A stretch of 64,000 nt of DNA, from NCBI GenBank assembly GCA_034520945.1, contig JAXHNB010000006.1, positions 448,001 to 512,000 on the forward strand, given 5' to 3'. Numbering within the stretch: the first letter of the stretch is position 1; each line of letters begins with the position of its first letter. The notes under the pieces were generated by a model. That model saw nothing but the letters and a program-made list of their open reading frames with translations, ran no database searches and was not told the origin of the DNA. The translations under genes and the position numbers were made by a program. The stretch comes from Trueperaceae bacterium. GTDB taxonomy: Bacteria > Deinococcota > Deinococci > Deinococcales > Trueperaceae. Shown here piece by piece: positions 57,603-64,000 of the stretch.

Positions 57603-57639
57603 CATAAGACTTGACAAGAGGCCACTCAGATCTTATGAT
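57603..57639 (+). promoter_or_regulatory. hsp20 promoter overlapped by a HAIR-like (HspR) inverted repeat
   Basis: TTGACA 57611-57616, 17 nt spacer, TATGAT 57634-57639; CTTGACA-N7-ACTCAGA flanked by CATAAGA/TCTTATG. Confidence 0.75.
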
Positions 57640-57700
57640 TCATGGTGAAGACGTCGAGAGGACGTCGCCAAGCAACACCACCTACGCGAGGAGGCAAGCC

Positions 57701-58174
57701 ATGACACTTGCACGCAACCGTCCCACCCGGACCCTGAGAAACTACGGAGACTACGGCGTCGAAAACGCCTACGCCGACCCCATCGACCGGCTGTTCGAGC
57801 GTTTGGCCGCCCCGGTGTTCGGCAACGGCGGAGAGTTCGCCAGCGCGTACGCCTACCCCTTCGATCTCTACGAGACCGACGAGGCGCTCGTGCTCGAAAT
57901 GAGCGTGCCCGGGCTCCGTGCCGACGACCTCGAGATCAGCATCGAAGGTCGCCAGTTGACGGTGCGCGGCGCCGTGCCCGAAGGCCAGGACGCGGAAGAG
58001 CGCCGCTACTGGACGCGCAACATCCCGCGCGGCGAGATCGGACGCACCATCCGCCTGCCGGCCAGCGTCGACACGGACGGGATTCAGGCACGCGTACACG
58101 ACGGGCTTCTCACCCTGACCATGCCGAAGCAGCAGGAGGCCAAGGCCAAGCGGATCCAGGTCACGCACGAGTGA
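57701..58174 (+). CDS. Hsp20/alpha-crystallin small heat shock protein
   Basis: DLYETDE, VPGL, RTIRLP, DGLLTLTMPK; GAGGAGG RBS. Confidence 0.93.
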   Translation: MTLARNRPTRTLRNYGDYGVENAYADPIDRLFERLAAPVFGNGGEFASAYAYPFDLYETDEALVLEMSVPGLRADDLEISIEGRQLTVRGAVPEGQDAEERRYWTRNIPRGEIGRTIRLPASVDTDGIQARVHDGLLTLTMPKQQEAKAKRIQVTHE

Positions 58175-58232
58175 TCGCATGACGGTGGCGCGGGCTCGCG
58201 CTTCGCACGGGCGCCCGCGCCGCTGCCCCAAC

Positions 58233-58270
58233 GAGAACGCGCCCCCGGTACCTTCCGGGGGCGCGTTCTC
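58233..58270. terminator. 16-bp stem-loop between convergent genes
   Basis: GAGAACGCGCCCCCGG-N6-CCGGGGGCGCGTTCTC. Confidence 0.75.
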
Positions 58271-58321
58271 ATGGGACGGCTCGGCGTGGCCTCGTGGCCG
58301 GTCCTGGCGCCCGGGCGCGCG

Positions 58322-59476
58322 TCAGAAGGTGAGACCGGTGTCGGTGAACGGCGGCAGCGCCGACAGGCCGAACACCTGTGCGGCGCGGGCGTAGATCTCG
58401 GCCGGTTCCATGTTCTGCCCCAAGTAGCGATCGTTGCCGCGCCACACCTCGACGTGCGGGTGCGGCTCGTCCTCGGTGCCCGTCGCCCCCTCCAGCGTGC
58501 CCGAGTTCCCCGTCAGACCGATGATGGTGCCTTGCCGCACGGAGGTGCCCTCCGTGATCCCCTCCGGGATCGCCGACAGGTGCGCGTACCGCGTCACGAA
58601 CCCGCCCGCGTGCCGGATCCACACCTGCCGCCCGCGCAGGGTGTCCAACACCTCGGGCGGCGTGTCCAGCGAGGCCGTGGCGCGCTCGATCACCTCGTCG
58701 TACCCCTCGGGCGTGAGCTCCTGGTAGTTCACGTCGGCCCGGATCACCTCACCCGGGGCGGCCGCCCGCTGTTCGGTGCCGTAGCCGATCTCCACGCTTA
58801 CGGTGCCGTCGTAGAAGTCGAAGCCCTCGTGCGTTCCGTTGCGGTACGCCCGCGGCGCCCCCGGCAGGTGGTTGGCGCGCGAGCTCAGCGTCGCCCCGTC
58901 CACCGGCACCACGTACCCGGCCGGCCATTCCGGGTCGAACGCCGGCGCGCCGGTCAGCTCGGCCAGGTCGTCGAACCCTTCGGTGAGCTCCTCCAGGCGC
59001 GACCACAGGCCGCTGCCGCGGACCGCCGCGTTGCCGCGGGCCAGGTCGAGGGCGCGTTCCCCCGCCTCGTCCTGCGCCAAAGGATCGCCACCCGCGTTGA
59101 GCAACAGCAACACCGTCCGGGCGCTGGGCGCCTCCTCCGCCGCGATCATCAGCGGCGTCTTGCCGTCGTCCGCCCGTGCGTTCGGATCGGCGCCCGCCTC
59201 CAGGAGCGACATGACGGCGTCGTCGTGGCCGCCGGCCGCCGCGATCATCAAAGCCGTCCGGCCGAACGCGTCCCGCGCCCCCACCGCCGCGTCGCCGGCC
59301 AGGGCCTCGGCGATCCCCTCGACGTCGCCGTCCTCGGCGGCCACGAACAACGCCTCCGCCGACGCGCTGGCGTCCGGCGGCGGCTCCTGCGAAGACGGCG
59401 CGAGCCACCCCAGTTGCCACACCCCAATGAGCACGAGGGCGACCAGGGCGAGTGCGGCGGCGAGGGTCCGAATCAT
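58322..59476 (-). CDS. Membrane-anchored ankyrin-repeat / M23 peptidase fusion
   Basis: GRTALMIAA and GKTPLMIAA ankyrin repeats; HEGFD, TRYAHL and HPHVE M23 motifs. Confidence 0.87.
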   Translation of the reverse strand: MIRTLAAALALVALVLIGVWQLGWLAPSSQEPPPDASASAEALFVAAEDGDVEGIAEALAGDAAVGARDAFGRTALMIAAAGGHDDAVMSLLEAGADPNARADDGKTPLMIAAEEAPSARTVLLLLNAGGDPLAQDEAGERALDLARGNAAVRGSGLWSRLEELTEGFDDLAELTGAPAFDPEWPAGYVVPVDGATLSSRANHLPGAPRAYRNGTHEGFDFYDGTVSVEIGYGTEQRAAAPGEVIRADVNYQELTPEGYDEVIERATASLDTPPEVLDTLRGRQVWIRHAGGFVTRYAHLSAIPEGITEGTSVRQGTIIGLTGNSGTLEGATGTEDEPHPHVEVWRGNDRYLGQNMEPAEIYARAAQVFGLSALPPFTDTGLTF

Positions 59477-59561
59477 GGTCGAAATGCTACCCCACCACCC
59501 GGAGCGGCGGCCTGCCTGCGCCGGCGGGTCGCCGCCCATGCGCTGACGTATGGTGATCCGC

Positions 59562-60947
59562 ATGCGTCGCCCGGCCCGCCCGTTCTGGATCCGCACCCGG
59601 CGGGAGTTCGCCGACCTGTTGCGGGTGGCTGGGCCGCTGATCCTCGCGCAGATCGCGCAGATGAGCATGAGCCTGGTGGACACCCTGATGGCGGGACGCC
59701 TGGGCCAGGACGCCCTGGCCGGCATCGCGCTCGGAAGCGTCGTGTTCATGATGGTGTCGATCGTGTGCATGGGCGTGTTGTTCTCCGTCGCCCCGCACGT
59801 GTCGCAGGCGCATGGCGCCGGCGACGCGCCGGCCGCCGGCCGTGCGGCGCGGCAGGGCGTGTGGTTGGCGCTGCTGTTGTCCCTGCCGGCGTTCGCCCTG
59901 TTCCAGTCGGCCGAGCCGCTGCTGCTGGCGCTCGGTCAGGATGCGGGGACCGCCCACTTGGCCGGCGGGTACCTGCGGTGGGCCGCGTTCGGGTTCCCCG
60001 CATCCATGCTGCTGACCTCCCTGCGCGGCTTCCTGGAGGGGATCTCGGACACGCGCCCCGTCATGGTGGTGCTGTTGATCGGCATCGCGCTGAACGTCGT
60101 GGCCGACAACGCTCTGATGTTCGGCCGCTGGGGGTTCCCGCAGCTCGGGTTGATCGGCACCGGCGTCGCCACGGCGTTCGTGTACAGCGCCATGGCGGCG
60201 GTCGCCGCGGCGTACGTCGCCCTGCGCTACCCGGCGTACCGCGTGCTGCGGGGGTTGAGGCGGCCGGATCCGTCGATGTTGCGCGCGCTGTTCCGGATCG
60301 GGTGGCCGATCGGGCTCACACTGGGGTTCGAGGCGGGGTTGTTCTCGTTCACCGCCCTGCTGATGGGGTTGTTCGGTCAGGCGGCGCTGGCGGGGCACCA
60401 GATCGCCGTGCAGGCCGCCTCCGTCACCTTCATGATCCCCGTCGGCATCGCCATCGCGACGGGGGTGCGGGTCGGTCAGGCGGTCGGCCGGGAGGACCCC
60501 GACGGCGTGCGCCGGGCCGGCCTCATCGGCGTCGCGACGTCGGCGGCGTTCATGTTCGTCACCGCGGCGATCTTCCGGTTCGCCCCCGGGTTGGTGGTCT
60601 CCGCCTTCCTCGATCGTGGCGATCCCGCCAACGCCGACGCCGTCGCCCACGCCGTCGCCTTCCTCGGGATCGCGGCGCTGTTTCAGGTCGTGGACGGCAT
60701 CCAGGTCTCGGCGTCCGGGGCGCTTCGGGGACTGCGGGACACGCGCGCGCCGATGGCGATCTCGCTGGTGTCGTACTGGTTGGTCGGCATGAGCGTGGCC
60801 ACGGTGCTGGCCTTCCCGGTGGGATGGGAGGGGGAGGGATTGTGGGCCGGCCTGGTGGCCGGGCTCGGTTTGGCCGCCACGTTGTTGCTGCGCCGCTTCC
60901 TGCGGCTGTCGGCACGCGCCCAGAGGCGTCCCTTCGCGCGCGCCTGA
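59562..60947 (+). CDS. MATE family efflux transporter (NorM-like)
   Basis: VDTLMAGRLG, PQLGLIGTGVAT, FQVVDGIQ, GALRGLRDT; start 59550 or 59562. Confidence 0.92.
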   Translation: MRRPARPFWIRTRREFADLLRVAGPLILAQIAQMSMSLVDTLMAGRLGQDALAGIALGSVVFMMVSIVCMGVLFSVAPHVSQAHGAGDAPAAGRAARQGVWLALLLSLPAFALFQSAEPLLLALGQDAGTAHLAGGYLRWAAFGFPASMLLTSLRGFLEGISDTRPVMVVLLIGIALNVVADNALMFGRWGFPQLGLIGTGVATAFVYSAMAAVAAAYVALRYPAYRVLRGLRRPDPSMLRALFRIGWPIGLTLGFEAGLFSFTALLMGLFGQAALAGHQIAVQAASVTFMIPVGIAIATGVRVGQAVGREDPDGVRRAGLIGVATSAAFMFVTAAIFRFAPGLVVSAFLDRGDPANADAVAHAVAFLGIAALFQVVDGIQVSASGALRGLRDTRAPMAISLVSYWLVGMSVATVLAFPVGWEGEGLWAGLVAGLGLAATLLLRRFLRLSARAQRRPFARA

Positions 60948-60977
60948 CGCGCGGGCGGGGTGCTGTACACTGAGCGC

Positions 60978-61106
60978 GTGGAAACGTTTCTCTCGATCGC
61001 CCTGTACGCCGTGTTCGTGTTGGCCGGCCTCAGCGCGGCCGCGGCCGCATTCACGTTCGTCGGCGTCTGGCTGTCCGACCAGAGCGACGAGGACGGCGCG
61101 CACTGA
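60978..61106 (+). CDS. 42-aa single-TM small protein (not in the ORF track)
   Basis: METFLSIALYAVFVLAGLSAAAAAFTFVGVWLSDQSDEDGAH; TACACT 6 nt before GTG. Confidence 0.65.
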   Translation: METFLSIALYAVFVLAGLSAAAAAFTFVGVWLSDQSDEDGAH

Positions 61107-61216
61107 ACCAACCGGCCGAGGCCGGCGCCCCGGACGGTCGCCGCGCCCTCCTCGGGGGGGCGCGCCTGCGGGGCTACCTGGCGGGCGCCACCCTCGATCG
61201 CCGCACGGCGGCGGCC

Positions 61217-61684
61217 GTGCTGCACCGCGTCTACCTGGCGTTCTTCGCGGTGCATACGCTGGTGGCTGCGCTGCTCGCCGCCGTCGCCGGCGCGCTGGCG
61301 CGCGTGCCGGCCGGCCCCGCCTCCTGGCTCGGCGGCGCGCTGGTGCTCGCCGCGTTGGTTCAGCTCGGCGCGTCGCTGGCGTTGGCCGGCCGCCTCGTCC
61401 GGGGGCCCACCGCCGTCCCGAACGACCCGGACAGGGGCGGCCCCGACGGCGCCGAGGCGCGCCGGGTCCACGCGGCCCGACGCGCGGCGGTGGGCGGCAG
61501 CGTGGCCGCCGCCGCGCTGTTCGCGGGCCCCGTCTGGTTCGCGTCGCTGGCGTGGGCGGCCGGGCAGCGCGGCGCGCCGTTCCTGCTTCTGCTCGGGGTG
61601 GGGGCGCTGGGGTTCACGCTCGGCGCCCTGCACGTTGGGCGTTTGGCCCGGCGCCTGGCCGCGGTGGCCCCGGGTCCGGCGTGA
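61217..61684 (+). CDS. Hypothetical membrane protein
   Basis: Four Ala/Leu-rich hydrophobic segments; start uncertain. Confidence 0.55.
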   Translation: MLHRVYLAFFAVHTLVAALLAAVAGALARVPAGPASWLGGALVLAALVQLGASLALAGRLVRGPTAVPNDPDRGGPDGAEARRVHAARRAAVGGSVAAAALFAGPVWFASLAWAAGQRGAPFLLLLGVGALGFTLGALHVGRLARRLAAVAPGPA

Positions 61685-61889
61685 CGCGAAGGCCGGATGG
61701 GCGCCCCGCGCAGGACGCGGACCGATCGCGGGGGCCCAGCGAGGCCCGGGGACCGTCGCGGACGCCCACGAGAGGCGGGTAAACTTACCCGCGGGCGCGT
61801 GACGCCCGCCACCGGGCCCGCGGACCGACGCCCACCGGTCGGGCCCCACCCCCCATCAGGCGTCGGTCGCCCCGCGCCGAGGAGTCACC

Positions 61890-63476
61890 ATGGACGTCCG
61901 CCTGCCCTACCCTTCACGACGCATGCCCGTGCTGGCGCGCAACGTGGTCGCGACCAGCCAACCGTTGGCGGCCAGCGCAGGCGTACGGATGCTGCTGGAC
62001 GGCGGCAACGCCGTCGACGCGGCGCTGGCGACGGCGATCGCACTCACCGTGGTCGAGCCCACCTCGAACGGCATCGGCGGCGACGCGTTCGCGATCGTGT
62101 GGGACGGCCAGCGGTTGCATGGGCTCAACGCGTCGGGCCGGAGCCCCGGCGGCCTCACTGCCGAGCGCTTCGCCGGCATGGACGCCGTGCCCGCCCAGGG
62201 CGAGGACAGCCTCACCACCCCCGGCGCCGTGTCGGCCTGGACCGAGCTGCACGCCCGCTTCGGACGGCTTCCGTTCGAGTCGCTGTTCGCGCCCGCCGTT
62301 CAGTACGCCCGTGACGGCTTTCCCGTCTCGCCGCTGACCGCCCGCGCCTGGAAACGGGCCGAATCGCTCTACGGGCACCGCCCCGACTTCCGTTCCGCGT
62401 TTTTGCCCAAGGGCAAAGCGCCCGCGGCGGGCGACACCTGGCGCTTCACCGACCAGGCCGGAACCCTGGAACGGATCGCCGCCACCCGGGGCCGTGACTT
62501 CTATCAGGGCGCGCTGGCCACGCAGATCGCGTCGCACGTCCGCTCGGGCGGCGGGTTGCTCGGCGAGGAGGACCTGTTCGCCCACCAGGTGGAGTGGATG
62601 GGCACGCTGTCGACCTCGTGGCAGGGGACCGAACTGCACGAGATTCCGCCCAACGGCCAAGGGTTGGCGGCCCTCGTGGCGCTGGGCATCCTCCGGCACA
62701 CCGACGCCAGCGACATGGACGTCGACTCGGTGGCGTCGCTGCACCTGCAGATCGAAGCGATGAAGCTCGGCTTCGCCGACGCGTATCGGTACGTCGCCGA
62801 CCCGCACCACCTGGACGTGCGCCCCGCCACGCTGCTGGACGACGGCTACCTGGCCGAACGGGCCGCGTTGATCGACCCCGCGCGGGCCCAGGACCCCGGC
62901 TTCGGGGTGCCGCCCCGGAGCGGCACGGTGTACCTCGCCACCGGCGACGCGGACGGCATGATGGTGTCGTTCATCCAATCCAACTACCAAGGGTTCGGCT
63001 CCGGCGTGGTGGTGCCCGGGACCGGCATCGCCCTCCAGAACCGCGGCGCCGGCTTCACGTTGGCGGAGGGGCACCCCAACCGCGTCGGCCCCGCCAAGCG
63101 ACCGTTCCACACCATCATCCCGGGTTTCCTGATGGCGGGCGGCGAACCCCTGATGAGCTTCGGGGTGATGGGCGGACCGATGCAGCCGCAGGGACATCTG
63201 CAGATGGTGTTGCGCACCGTGACGGCGGGTCAGAACCCCCAGGCGGCCAGCGACGCGCCCCGCTGGCGCGTGGTCCAGGGCCTCGAAGTGGCCGTCGAGG
63301 ACACGCTCCCCGCGGACACCGCCGCCGGCCTCGAAGCGCTGGGTCACCGCCTGACCCCCTCCGCCCCCGAGGCGAGCTTCGGCTTCGGCGGCGCCCAACT
63401 GGTCCAGCGCCTGCCCCGAGGCGGCTACGTCGCCGGCAGCGACGGCCGCAAGGACGGTCAGGCGGTCGGGTTCTAG
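61890..63476 (+). CDS. ggt: Gamma-glutamyltransferase family protein
   Basis: GGNAVDAA, GIGGDAF, nucleophile region GTVYL, NYQGFGSG, KRPFHTIIP, GVMGGPMQPQGH. Confidence 0.92.
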   Translation: MDVRLPYPSRRMPVLARNVVATSQPLAASAGVRMLLDGGNAVDAALATAIALTVVEPTSNGIGGDAFAIVWDGQRLHGLNASGRSPGGLTAERFAGMDAVPAQGEDSLTTPGAVSAWTELHARFGRLPFESLFAPAVQYARDGFPVSPLTARAWKRAESLYGHRPDFRSAFLPKGKAPAAGDTWRFTDQAGTLERIAATRGRDFYQGALATQIASHVRSGGGLLGEEDLFAHQVEWMGTLSTSWQGTELHEIPPNGQGLAALVALGILRHTDASDMDVDSVASLHLQIEAMKLGFADAYRYVADPHHLDVRPATLLDDGYLAERAALIDPARAQDPGFGVPPRSGTVYLATGDADGMMVSFIQSNYQGFGSGVVVPGTGIALQNRGAGFTLAEGHPNRVGPAKRPFHTIIPGFLMAGGEPLMSFGVMGGPMQPQGHLQMVLRTVTAGQNPQAASDAPRWRVVQGLEVAVEDTLPADTAAGLEALGHRLTPSAPEASFGFGGAQLVQRLPRGGYVAGSDGRKDGQAVGF

Positions 63477-63640
63477 CGAGGATCCGCAGGGCCTGGACGC
63501 CGCAGCGTCCGGGCCCCAGCGCGCTACCCGGACGACACGCGACCCGGCGCCCGCATGGCACGCTCGCGTACGCAAGGGGCCGGTACGACGCCGGTCCGAA
63601 CCCCACGTCCCGTCCCGGCGATACGCCACGGGAGGCACAG

Positions 63641-64000
63641 ATGTCCACCGCCAAGCAGGGCGACACCGTCCAGATCCACTACACCGGCAAGCTCGACGAC
63701 GGCACCGTGTTCGACAGCAGCGAGGGCCGCGACCCGCTCACCATCACCATCGGCGAAGGCCAGGTCATTCCCGGCTTCGAACGCGCCGTCGCCGGCATGA
63801 CGGAGGGCGAGCAGAAGGAGGCCCGGCTGGAGGTCGAAGAGGCCTACGGCGAACCGCGCGACGACCTTCGCCTCGACGTCCCCCGCGAGCAGCTCCCCGA
63901 CGATCTCGAGGTGGACATCGGCACGCCCCTTCAACTGAACCAGCCCGACGGCACGCCGGTGCCGGTGACGGTCGCCGCATTGAGCGAAGAGACCGTCACA
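63641..64000 (+). CDS. slyD: FKBP-type peptidyl-prolyl isomerase, SlyD-like (3'-partial)
   Basis: MSTAKQGDTVQIHYTGKLDDGTVFDSS...GQVIPGFE...EAYG; GGGAGG RBS. Confidence 0.88.
   Translation, partial: MSTAKQGDTVQIHYTGKLDDGTVFDSSEGRDPLTITIGEGQVIPGFERAVAGMTEGEQKEARLEVEEAYGEPRDDLRLDVPREQLPDDLEVDIGTPLQLNQPDGTPVPVTVAALSEETVT

Noticed and set aside
1..64000. CRISPR array, cas genes, rRNA, transposase or integrase
   Set aside because: No regularly spaced repeats or diagnostic motifs seen by eye

Overview
High-GC bacterial window, most consistent with a Deinococcota (Trueperaceae-like) genome. The taxonomy is an inference from many apparently leaderless genes (TANNNT 5-8 nt before the start codon), a non-discriminating AspRS, futalosine-pathway mqnE/mqnA and a Deinococcus-type BrxC/YtxJ protein. 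The headline is a translationally coupled three-gene operon at 2037-7221. It encodes a fatty acyl-CoA reductase-acyltransferase fusion, an alkyl-DHAP synthase whose motifs match the eukaryotic peroxisomal AGPS, and an SDR reductase. Together these cover every step of the eukaryote-type ether-lipid (1-O-alkylglycerol phosphate) pathway. The operon is followed by a decaying accessory island (about 7.2-12.5 kb) at the 3' end of tRNA-Ser(GGA): orphan antitoxins, an NYN nuclease with a structured leader, phage-like small ORFs, and acr3, arsC and MenK-like fragments. Two near-identical strong promoters (13.6 and 16.0 kb) appear to drive short terminated non-coding transcripts. The rest is mostly housekeeping: sucAB-lpdA, mqnE-mqnA, glgX, an MMSA dehydrogenase, hslVU, tdk, aspS, a TPP-riboswitch thiamine ABC operon, pta, mutS2, hsp20 with a HAIR-like operator, MATE, ggt and slyD. 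There is also a cluster of acidic secreted proteins including a 1789-aa double-VWA protein. Several single-base frameshifts (hicB, NYN, LuxR regulator, lpdA, glgX) suggest residual assembly indel errors, so pseudogene calls need caution. All family assignments come from motif recognition by eye; no database search was run.
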